Origin: a virus
Lineage: Duplodnaviria; Caudoviricetes
DNA: 25,267 bases
Reading direction: 5' to 3' (one strand)
IMG/VR virus record: IMGVR_UViG_3300032218_001124
Span: 1 to 25,267 of that record
The notes below the pieces were generated by a model, which did not search any database, had not been told where the DNA came from, and saw nothing but the letters and a program-made list of their open reading frames with translations. The position numbers and the translations under genes are program-made. Positions 8,425 through 16,449 of this stretch are shown in pieces; position 1 is the first letter of the stretch; the number at the start of each line of letters is the position of its first letter.

Positions 8425-9039
8425 CTCTATCTGTCTATGTAATTCATCTATAGTGCCGTTGTTATCAAGGTAAAAATCATATTTCAACCCTACACTGCTA
8501 TATTCACTGGCATGTATATTGAATTCGTTTTCAAGTTGAGTCTTATAAAGATCCCTTAGATTTGCATTTTCTGTCTGATTAAACTGTTTTGCTAGAAACA
8601 ACCAATCTGGGTCTGATCCTCTGTGAGTCCTTAATACTATTCCGCCACTTTCTCTGATAGCATTGATCTCGTTGATGAAGCGGCAGTCAGTAATAACTAC
8701 GTTATCTTTTAAATTACGTATTTTATTTTCTACGCTTGCTACCCAGATGTCTTGGTGAAAACCCCTACGTAATACTTCTGTGCCCCAATGTTGTAATACC
8801 CATCGAGGTGTTATTTCCATACCTAAACGTTTTGACCACCATTCATCTTTTTGTTCACGCCAATCTCTACTAGCTTTAGTAGAGCCTTCGAGTAACTCTC
8901 TATCCCATCCAAACACGGCTGAGACAGAATCTTTCAGAGTACTTGCGAAACTCATACGCCTATAACCATGGAAACGACAGAGATAATCAGCAGCAGTGTC
9001 TTTACCAGACCCTATAAGGCCTGTAATTCCTATTATCAT
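8407..9039 (-). CDS. Deoxynucleoside monophosphate kinase (T4 gp1-like)
   Basis: P-loop GLIGSGKDT, SFA..LK, TPR.VLQ.WGTE, ITDCRF.NE, H.SE, NNGTI. Confidence 0.9.
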   Translation of the reverse strand: MIIGITGLIGSGKDTAADYLCRFHGYRRMSFASTLKDSVSAVFGWDRELLEGSTKASRDWREQKDEWWSKRLGMEITPRWVLQHWGTEVLRRGFHQDIWVASVENKIRNLKDNVVITDCRFINEINAIRESGGIVLRTHRGSDPDWLFLAKQFNQTENANLRDLYKTQLENEFNIHASEYSSVGLKYDFYLDNNGTIDELHRQIELIINH

Positions 9040-9560
9040 TATTCCTCCTGATCATCAGAAGATTCATCTTCTTCGAGAAATTCCATATGCGATTCATGCT
9101 GGTATTCTAGATTTGCAAATTCAAAGATATCTTCAGGAATCTCTCGCAATTGATCTATATCATCAAGATAGTCAGAATAATCATAGTGATCCTCATCACC
9201 ATCTTCATACTTTCCACAAAAGCACATGCCTTCTTCACTGTATAGTGCAGATACGACATACCCTTGTTCTTCGATGAATTGATAAAAAGAGATAGGAGGA
9301 CTCCATGCTGTATCGAAATTAATCGTCAGCGATTCATCTCTGATGAATTCATGGCTGCTGATATTGGCATCCCATTTAGTCCCCCAGTTATCAACATTCC
9401 AGCTGTACCAATTATCTTCTTCACTATCAGGTCGCGGATGCAATATTTGAAAAAATTTAATATCCTCATACTCTTGATTGTCCAATGTATCACCAAGTTC
9501 ATTGATTTTTTGAACATCTGTGTGATTGAGCGTGAGTGAATTATAACACCAATTTGGCAT
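9039..9560 (-). CDS. YubB ferredoxin-like / DUF1281-family protein
   Basis: MPNWC.N, WY.WN..NWGTKWD, FDTAWSPP motifs; AAGGAG SD; acidic C-terminus. Confidence 0.8.
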   Translation of the reverse strand: MPNWCYNSLTLNHTDVQKINELGDTLDNQEYEDIKFFQILHPRPDSEEDNWYSWNVDNWGTKWDANISSHEFIRDESLTINFDTAWSPPISFYQFIEEQGYVVSALYSEEGMCFCGKYEDGDEDHYDYSDYLDDIDQLREIPEDIFEFANLEYQHESHMEFLEEDESSDDQEE

Positions 9561-9587
9561 GATTTTCTCCTTTAGAATATATTATAA

Positions 9588-9616
9588 ATAATAACACCAA
9601 AGAAGTATCGTGTCAA
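9588..9616 (-). promoter_or_regulatory. Sigma70-type (early) promoter
   Basis: TTGACA-17 nt-TATTAT with extended -10 TG. Confidence 0.8.
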
Positions 9617-9624
9617 CTACTATT

Positions 9625-10410
9625 TTAACCTTGTATCCAGGTCAATGGTTGTGACCAATCTTGATATTTTCTAAGATCGTCTAACAGAGCGTCTTGTTCA
9701 GCTTTTGCTTCGGCTTTCAAGGCAGCACCATTTAATGATGTGCCACCACCTGGACCCGCAATTGTTCCGAACTTCTCACGTGCTTCACCTAAGATAGCTT
9801 TCAGTTCTGCTAGGATGAAATCTCCTATCCATACACCTGTCGAAGGATCTTGTAATAGTTCTGATTCGGGACGCTGTATATCTGCCCAGATAAGTATGCG
9901 TTCACCGCTGCCCTTGAAATCTCTGGTTAGTCTTAACTGTTTTGTAACTGGATTAAAAGTATAAGTTAGATAACCACCGAACATACGAGCAGCTAATTCG
10001 ACATATCCTGCATAGAAGTCGTATGTTGCCATACCACCTGTGTAGTTGTAGTTCAACAAATATGTATTAAGGATAGCACTTGAGAAAGGATCAAATGCGC
10101 TAGAACCTGGACCAGTCTCTAAACCAACTGTCCTTCTGAAAACTGCACGAACATTCATAAAATCTGTAGGAAGTGTATAGGTATCTACATTTTTTTCTAC
10201 AGTCATCAATGTATATGATTCTTTTGTAGCGTTCTGGGCTCGCTGACGGTAGATCCTTATAGCATAGATATATGCCGCTTCATAATGAGCAGGATCAAGT
10301 TCTAGATCCACGATATCTCCGCCTAGACGAAGGCGAAGATTCTCGAACAAGTTTTGTTTTATTTCTTCAAGTGAGAAATTATTGGGTATGTTTAATACAT
10401 TATCAGGCAT
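9625..10410 (-). CDS. gp13: Neck protein / head-tail adaptor, gp13-like
   Basis: LRLG..IVDLEL N-terminus; G..R.KF..I.GPGG..SLNG..LK.EA C-terminus. Confidence 0.8.
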   Translation of the reverse strand: MPDNVLNIPNNFSLEEIKQNLFENLRLRLGGDIVDLELDPAHYEAAYIYAIRIYRQRAQNATKESYTLMTVEKNVDTYTLPTDFMNVRAVFRRTVGLETGPGSSAFDPFSSAILNTYLLNYNYTGGMATYDFYAGYVELAARMFGGYLTYTFNPVTKQLRLTRDFKGSGERILIWADIQRPESELLQDPSTGVWIGDFILAELKAILGEAREKFGTIAGPGGGTSLNGAALKAEAKAEQDALLDDLRKYQDWSQPLTWIQG

Positions 10411-10453
10411 ATTGTTTCCTCGTTATTATTATTTATCAGGAAACAATATGCCT
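10405..10453 (-). promoter_or_regulatory. 16-bp hairpin covering SD and AUG of the gp13-like gene, with late box TAAATA (10430-10435) in the loop
   Basis: AGGCATATTGTTTCCT-N17-AGGAAACAATATGCCT, perfect inverted repeat. Confidence 0.85.
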
Positions 10454-10460
10454 TGATATA

Positions 10461-10871
10461 CTAGAGATCGCCTTCCTTGCGATTCTCACTGTAATGTGCA
10501 TCAAACTTCCCACCTGGATATCGTGCTTCCAGCTTACGAACGTTTTCAGCAATCACTTCATTGGGATCATATCCTAATGCACGACAAGCGTTAGTCCAAT
10601 ACCATATGATATCACCTAGCTCACGCATCATGTGGAATCTATTCTCTTCAGTAAGAGGTTTGCCTTGGAATAACATCTTCTTGATGATCTCATTAAACTC
10701 GCCAGTCTCGCTAGCAAGTCCAATACCAGAAGTCAAGAGAAGTGACACATTTACCCCTTGTTCCCCGTCTAGATTTCGCATTTGGATTTCTAATGCTTCT
10801 AGCTTGTTTGAGCTATCGCTGGTCACGGCGCTGACAAATTCTGTATAGCGATTAAGATCGATATTACTCAT
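10461..10871 (-). CDS. mazG: MazG-like NTP pyrophosphohydrolase
   Basis: GLASETGEF.EIIKK, ELGDIIWY, N..KL..RYP. Confidence 0.9.
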   Translation of the reverse strand: MSNIDLNRYTEFVSAVTSDSSNKLEALEIQMRNLDGEQGVNVSLLLTSGIGLASETGEFNEIIKKMLFQGKPLTEENRFHMMRELGDIIWYWTNACRALGYDPNEVIAENVRKLEARYPGGKFDAHYSENRKEGDL

Positions 10872-11043
10872 TGATGATTCCCATTACCCAGTTTTCTACT
10901 ACTTCTTCTGCATACCTGATGTTATGATCGGATACATCGATTGTCCGAACAAAACGACTATCTTCATATAAATCTACGACATAACCTTTATGGTTCTGCT
11001 TTATTACTGCATTCCTGTTTTCGTGATATTTGTATTCTTTCAT
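10864..11043 (-). CDS. 59-aa hypothetical protein not in the ORF track (MKEYKYHENRN...YAEEVVENWVMGIINE)
   Basis: Manual translation; fills the gap, starts 1 nt after the upstream stop, overlaps the mazG start by 8 nt. Confidence 0.8.
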   Translation of the reverse strand: MKEYKYHENRNAVIKQNHKGYVVDLYEDSRFVRTIDVSDHNIRYAEEVVENWVMGIINE

Positions 11044-11044
11044 T

Positions 11045-12250
11045 TCACCATGCCTTCAAAATAATCATGTCTTCATTGAAGCGACCATTGGGTACAGACT
11101 GAACTGCTTTGATTGCTTCAAAAAATTTACGTGCTGTTGGCTTGCTACCAGTCATTGCTTTGATCTGTTCTGCTGGTTTGCGAAGCGTCTTTACTCCGCT
11201 CTGCTTCTTATCAAAGCCCAATATTGCATTACCCTTGATCAACAACACCTTGCTATAATCATCGGCAACGTAATGATGCATCTTACGCTTACGGGTATCA
11301 TAGACCCAAGCTTCGCTTGCTTCATGCAATTTTACAGGATGCAAGCCTACGAGGTCAAGCTTGATAGTAGGATCTTTGAAACTCTTACAATGCTTGAGCT
11401 TAGATACGATCTTCTCTACTGGGACAGGCTTGCGCTTGCGAGGGGCCTTTGTTGCCTTCTTGATACTGACATATCCGTTAAGCTGTGCGATGACAGCTTC
11501 TGTGAATTTTATCAGATTCTTCATCTGAGTCTTACTGTAATGAGAGTATCCCTCATTAAGCTGTTCACAAGTTCCAGCTTGGGCTTCTTTGTATTCTGCA
11601 AGTACCCCTTCGAGGCGCTTTAGATAAGGTGCGACATGCTGGGGCAAGACATTGCGTGTCTGAAACTCGGCCAATACCTTTTTGTCTATGTCAACACTCT
11701 TGCATCCAGCCTTGACGAAATCATCAAAAAATCCTTCAACTTCACCCGCAGCCTCGTCTGCCCGCTCACGCATCACTTCTTGGATATTGACACGGTTATT
11801 CTTCTTCAACGCATCTGCTTCTTCGGAAGCAAGAGAACTCTTACCAGAAGTCACAAGCTTGTCGATTGCTTGCTGAACATATTCGATGTTGCGCGGGGTC
11901 AATTCAAGTCCGCGCATCGCACAACGTGCGACCCAACCTGCGGTAGTGATCATCTGATGATCAGGGGCGCGGCGAATTAGTTTGATAGTTTCTTTATCTG
12001 TCTTTTTTGTTTCAAGATAACTGATGAGGAATTCCTTAGCCTCTTTATGAGTATAAAAATGGCTGTACCAGTTATAAGCACCCATCAAAATGAACTCTCG
12101 GCGGTCAGGATCAGGTTGACCCTGACTGAAGCTAGGTTCGGGCCCATAATATTTCAAGTCAGAGTCTCTAGGCACCAGATCCTTGACGAGGGTATTACCG
12201 CTATTGGGCACAACCATACCCCTAGGAATTGCTTTTTTACGGGCCGCCAT
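11045..12250 (-). CDS. Basic phage hypothetical protein, probably early
   Basis: 401-aa ORF, GGAG SD, own sigma70-type promoter. Confidence 0.8.
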   Translation of the reverse strand: MAARKKAIPRGMVVPNSGNTLVKDLVPRDSDLKYYGPEPSFSQGQPDPDRREFILMGAYNWYSHFYTHKEAKEFLISYLETKKTDKETIKLIRRAPDHQMITTAGWVARCAMRGLELTPRNIEYVQQAIDKLVTSGKSSLASEEADALKKNNRVNIQEVMRERADEAAGEVEGFFDDFVKAGCKSVDIDKKVLAEFQTRNVLPQHVAPYLKRLEGVLAEYKEAQAGTCEQLNEGYSHYSKTQMKNLIKFTEAVIAQLNGYVSIKKATKAPRKRKPVPVEKIVSKLKHCKSFKDPTIKLDLVGLHPVKLHEASEAWVYDTRKRKMHHYVADDYSKVLLIKGNAILGFDKKQSGVKTLRKPAEQIKAMTGSKPTARKFFEAIKAVQSVPNGRFNEDMIILKAW

Positions 12251-12281
12251 TTGTCACTCCAAATCTTGACTTTATGTATAT

Positions 12282-12310
12282 ATTCTACACTGGAAAAAAT
12301 GATTTGTCAA
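12282..12310 (-). promoter_or_regulatory. Sigma70-type (early) promoter
   Basis: TTGACA-17 nt-TAGAAT. Confidence 0.8.
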
Positions 12311-12345
12311 GCCTTATTTTTGGCTTTATAACCCATTGATTTGTA

Positions 12346-12450
12346 TCAATAAAAATGCATCTCTATGAAGATAGCACAGGCCATCATTGATATTAGAAAT
12401 GCAAAATAAAAAAGTGTGAGGGCATCTAATACCCTATCATATTTACCCAT
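12346..12450 (-). CDS. 34-aa single-pass membrane protein not in the ORF track
   Basis: MGKYDRVLDALTLFYFAFLISMMACAIFIEMHFY; SD AGGTGAT; promoter directly upstream. Confidence 0.65.
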   Translation of the reverse strand: MGKYDRVLDALTLFYFAFLISMMACAIFIEMHFY

Positions 12451-12478
12451 TAATCACCTAAATATATGTTGTTGTTAG

Positions 12479-12507
12479 AATTTATCATAAATCTGCCCTC
12501 ATGTCAA
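12479..12507 (-). promoter_or_regulatory. Sigma70-type (early) promoter
   Basis: TTGACA-17 nt-TAAATT with extended -10 TG. Confidence 0.65.
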
Positions 12508-12517
12508 TCTTTTTCGA

Positions 12518-12523
12518 TAAATA
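12518..12523 (+). promoter_or_regulatory. Late box TAAATA, 5 nt from ATG 12529
   Basis: GATAAATA-ACTAT-ATG. Confidence 0.75.
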
Positions 12524-12528
12524 ACTAT

Positions 12529-14277
12529 ATGCCTAGATTATCGTTATATCGTCCAAATAAAGAAAACGACTACAGATTTATGGACAGAACCATCTCTGAA
12601 CAACTCAGTGTGGGAGGGACTGATCTTTACATACACAAGTATTTGGGTATAGCTGATCAAGGTCCTTCTACAGATTACACTCAACCACAGTATACTACTC
12701 CTGATCCTACACAGATACAGGATCTACTGTTTTTAGAGAACAGAGACAGGAAATATGATACTAGCATCTATCGATTACGTGGTCATTATAATGTTCAGAA
12801 TCTAGACTTCGATCTAAGCCAGTTTGGATTATTCCTGAACAATGATATCATATTCATAACTGTTCACTATAACGATATGATCGATATCATAGGTCGTAAA
12901 TTGATGGCTGGTGATGTCCTAGAATTACCTCATCTAGTAGATTATAATCCATTAAAAGAAAGCATACCTATCGCATTGAAAAGATATATGCAGATAACAG
13001 ATGCAAATTATGCAAGCGAAGGGTTTAGTCAGACTTGGTACCCACATCTATGGCGCATAAAGTGTGAGAAGTTAGTCAATACACAAGAATTCAAAGATAT
13101 ATTACAAGCTCCTGTAAATCAAGATAATTATCTAGGTGATTTTAATCCTAACAAAACATATCCTGCAGGATATACTATCACATATGGTGGCAAAGTATAT
13201 AAATCTCTGATAGATGTACCAGCTGGAATAACACCACCAAACGCAACATATTGGGGTGTAGTAGAAAACGGAAGCATAGCAGATATAATCTCTACATATA
13301 ATAAAAACCTTTCTATCAATGATGCTGCATTGAATGAAGCCGAGAGAATTGTTCCTAAATCAGGATATGATACTAGTAAGTTCTATGTCATGCCTACATA
13401 TGGAAAATATCAAGCTAATGGTAAATTGGCGCTTACTCAAGAAAATAAACCTGCACCTCCTATCAATATAAATGTAAACCCAAACAACACTCCGGGTAAT
13501 ACGAACTTATCTGGTACTGTCATGATGGTCAGAAACCCAAGATTCAGAAATAATGCAGCAGGGTTAAGAATATCTAAAAAAGTACTAGAAAATATATGGG
13601 ACATAACAGCAGATACTGTAGCCGAGACGTTTAATAAATTCACGTATACTACTCTTAATATATTGGAATTAGATCCTGTCAAGATGGATACAGGGTCTGG
13701 ACCTGTTGAAAAAACAAGAATACTACAGATAGAATCTCTAGGTGAAGCTACTAGTCCATATGGTACCGCAGATAACACATATGCTACTGCGGATCAAGAC
13801 CCAACACAGCCTAATTTCACTGGCGACGTAACTATAAACATGGACTTTAGAGCAGACTGTATTCCTGGATTCCAGTTTATTGCTAGAAGCACACCTAAAT
13901 CATTTGGTTATAGTGCAGGCTATGGATCAGGAGACGGTATTCCACCGAACGGCATACCTCTCAATGAAAACGGAGCATACGGAGCTAGCGGTGCTGGCAT
14001 TACTTTCCCGCCTAATCCCCAAGTTGGAGATTATTTCTTAAGAATAGATTATCTACCACAGATATTATATCGCTGGGATGGAGTTAGATGGGTACGCATC
14101 AGCACTAATGTACGCACTGAGACTGGATTCGCTGACACAACTAACCAATCACAGCTTAATAGCTTTATTAATGACCCCAATACTATCTATCTAAATAATG
14201 AAGGTAAGCGTGTATCTGAATTACAACCATTATCACAGATATTAACTTTAAAACCAGATTCATTGCCACCAGAATAA
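12529..14277 (+). CDS. gp14: Enlarged neck / head-closure protein, gp14-like (start revised from 12466)
   Basis: LSQFGL...D.I.I..H, GDVLELP, W.IKCE pattern; upstream of gp15-like gene; MPRLSLYR start fits TAAATA-N5-ATG. Confidence 0.65.
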   Translation: MPRLSLYRPNKENDYRFMDRTISEQLSVGGTDLYIHKYLGIADQGPSTDYTQPQYTTPDPTQIQDLLFLENRDRKYDTSIYRLRGHYNVQNLDFDLSQFGLFLNNDIIFITVHYNDMIDIIGRKLMAGDVLELPHLVDYNPLKESIPIALKRYMQITDANYASEGFSQTWYPHLWRIKCEKLVNTQEFKDILQAPVNQDNYLGDFNPNKTYPAGYTITYGGKVYKSLIDVPAGITPPNATYWGVVENGSIADIISTYNKNLSINDAALNEAERIVPKSGYDTSKFYVMPTYGKYQANGKLALTQENKPAPPININVNPNNTPGNTNLSGTVMMVRNPRFRNNAAGLRISKKVLENIWDITADTVAETFNKFTYTTLNILELDPVKMDTGSGPVEKTRILQIESLGEATSPYGTADNTYATADQDPTQPNFTGDVTINMDFRADCIPGFQFIARSTPKSFGYSAGYGSGDGIPPNGIPLNENGAYGASGAGITFPPNPQVGDYFLRIDYLPQILYRWDGVRWVRISTNVRTETGFADTTNQSQLNSFINDPNTIYLNNEGKRVSELQPLSQILTLKPDSLPPE

Positions 14278-14286
14278 TAGGATATT

Positions 14287-15663
14287 ATGGAACACTTTTT
14301 TTATGATAATCAGGTAAGAAGATTCCTGATTCAGTTTGCAAAGATTTTTTCAACTTGGTATGTTACCAATGGTAGAGATCCTAATGGCAATGAGATCCTT
14401 GTTCGTGTTCCTATCATGTACGGAGATGCTAGTAGACAGGCTGCTACGATCATATCTAATAACTCAGCTAGTAGTTTGCCTACTGCGCCCATGATCACAT
14501 ACTATATAAGTGGGTTAGAGTACGATCAAAGAAGAACACAGAATCCAACTTTCGTCGAAAAGATAAACGTTTCACAAAGAGCCTATAATCAAGACACGCA
14601 AACATATGAACAAGTTCAAGGACAAGCATTCACAGTAGAGAGATTGATGCCTGTACCTTATACATTGCGTGTTACTGTAGATTTCTGGACAACAAATTAT
14701 CAACAAAAACTTCAATTGATAGAGCAATTAGGTACCTTATTTAATCCTGGTCTAGAGATACAAAGCACCGATAATTTTATTGATTGGACTTCATTGAGTG
14801 TAGTATATCAAGATGGTTTGACTTTCAGCGGACGTACCATACCAGTAGGTACTAATAATCCTATTGACATCATGACATGGAAGTTCTACATGCCCGTATG
14901 GTTAAGCACTGCAACTAAACTAAAAAAGATGGGCGTCATTCAAAAGATCATCGCAAGTATATACAAAGGTCATGCATTAGAAGACATTCAGAACGAAGAT
15001 TTGTTGTTAGGAACAAGACAAAAAATAAGCCCATATGGTTATAAAGTATTATTGTTAGGTAATAAGTTACAATTACTGCCTGCTAATGAACCATTCGTCC
15101 CAACTAACAATGATCTATCTATTCCTTCAAATCCAAATACTAATTTATATTGGTCAGCATTGTTAAACGTGTATGGAAAAGTTAAACCTGGTATAAGTCA
15201 GATATGGTTACAAAATCAATATATCGAAAATGATATCGTAGGGACTATCGTTCCCGACCCAAACGATGATAGGTTCTTGATTTACAATATTGACCCTGAT
15301 ACTTTGCCACAAAATACATTAGCTCCGGTCAATAGTATCATAAATCCACAGTTGACTGGTCCGAATGCTGGTCTACCAGGACCTATGCCAGGTGTAAGAT
15401 ATTTGATAGTCGATAATATAGGTCACGAGGGAGCTCCAACAGAAGCCTGGGGCAATCTAATTGCAAACGCAAATGATATCATTGAATATGATGTAGATCA
15501 AAGCAAATGGATAGTAAGCTTTGATAGCAAAAATGCCACGACTGTTCAATTTGTCACAAATTTAACAACTACTATGCAATATAGATATGCACCAAATGAA
15601 GAAGTTTGGATGAAATCATATGAAGGTTGGTATAATGAAGGTGACTACAGCATTGTCATCTAA
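14287..15663 (+). CDS. gp15: Tail terminator / sheath stabiliser, gp15-like, with C-terminal extension
   Basis: FFYD..VRRF...F..IFS, VPIMYG, YD..R, PVPY.L, Q.IEQ...F.P motifs; AGGA SD. Confidence 0.8.
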   Translation: MEHFFYDNQVRRFLIQFAKIFSTWYVTNGRDPNGNEILVRVPIMYGDASRQAATIISNNSASSLPTAPMITYYISGLEYDQRRTQNPTFVEKINVSQRAYNQDTQTYEQVQGQAFTVERLMPVPYTLRVTVDFWTTNYQQKLQLIEQLGTLFNPGLEIQSTDNFIDWTSLSVVYQDGLTFSGRTIPVGTNNPIDIMTWKFYMPVWLSTATKLKKMGVIQKIIASIYKGHALEDIQNEDLLLGTRQKISPYGYKVLLLGNKLQLLPANEPFVPTNNDLSIPSNPNTNLYWSALLNVYGKVKPGISQIWLQNQYIENDIVGTIVPDPNDDRFLIYNIDPDTLPQNTLAPVNSIINPQLTGPNAGLPGPMPGVRYLIVDNIGHEGAPTEAWGNLIANANDIIEYDVDQSKWIVSFDSKNATTVQFVTNLTTTMQYRYAPNEEVWMKSYEGWYNEGDYSIVI

Positions 15664-16069
15664 CATATTGAATCAAGCTGCTGGTGTTTTCTTTTATGCT
15701 AAGAATACATCTAGATATCTTTATCTATTACGCAATGACGATAAAAATAACACTTGGAGCATCCCTGGCGGAAAGATAGAAAAAGACGAGACTCTACTGG
15801 ATGGTATCGCTAGAGAGTGCGTCGAAGAATTAGGTTTTTTCAATAATGATTGGAAATTGATACCTATACAAAAATTCGTGAACAAGAGTTTTGTATATCA
15901 TACTTTTTTCTGTCAGATATCAGATGAATTCATCCCTGATTTAAATTTCGAACATATAGGATATGCTTGGGTAAATGAAGGATATTATCCTAAACCATTG
16001 CATCCCGGATTATTTTCTACGGTTAATATAGATATAGTGACAGATAAACTTAAGCAACTTGAAAAATAA
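15620..16069 (+). CDS. NUDIX hydrolase (true start may be the in-frame TTG at 15653)
   Basis: Nudix box G-KIEKD-E-TLLDGIA-RECVEELG; EH.GYAW, PLHPG. Confidence 0.9.
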   Translation: MKVGIMKVTTALSSNILNQAAGVFFYAKNTSRYLYLLRNDDKNNTWSIPGGKIEKDETLLDGIARECVEELGFFNNDWKLIPIQKFVNKSFVYHTFFCQISDEFIPDLNFEHIGYAWVNEGYYPKPLHPGLFSTVNIDIVTDKLKQLEK

Positions 16070-16090
16070 AAAAGGCACTAAGCTTTTTTT
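16068..16090. terminator. Weak terminator-like hairpin between convergent genes
   Basis: A6-GGC-ACTAA-GC-T7; very short GC stem. Confidence 0.3.
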
Positions 16091-16439
16091 AATGCATCGT
16101 GATTATTTTTTCTATGTAATGAAATCCAAAAGCGCCTGCTAGTGTTGCTGCTCCCATGAGCATCCAGCGCCATTTTTCTAGACTTGATATCTTTTCTTCT
16201 ACTGTTGCATGTTGTTTTTTATTTTCGTCTTTAAAAGTATTCAATGATTTTGAAAATTCTTCTTTAGAGCTATTGATAGAACCTCTTATCTCGGTCATAT
16301 GCGAGTCTAAAGAAGAATGCAAATCCTTCAGGCCAGTCTTCAAATCTTCAACTTTAGCGTTGAGGTTTGAATACTGGACCTGAAGGACAGCTATCTCTGT
16401 CTCAGTGTCGCGGAGTTTTTGTGCTGCGCTCTGAGCCAT
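16089..16439 (-). CDS. Coiled-coil protein with C-terminal transmembrane segment (holin/XhlA-like layout)
   Basis: Heptad-like N-terminus then LEKWRWMLMGAATLAGAFGF; AAGGA SD. Confidence 0.55.
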   Translation of the reverse strand: MAQSAAQKLRDTETEIAVLQVQYSNLNAKVEDLKTGLKDLHSSLDSHMTEIRGSINSSKEEFSKSLNTFKDENKKQHATVEEKISSLEKWRWMLMGAATLAGAFGFHYIEKIITMH

Positions 16440-16449
16440 GATCTATTCC

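Noticed and set aside
12466-12528. Track start at 12466 for the gp14-like gene
   Set aside because: No SD, the extension overlaps a divergent promoter, and ATG 12529 fits the recurring TAAATA-N5-ATG pattern
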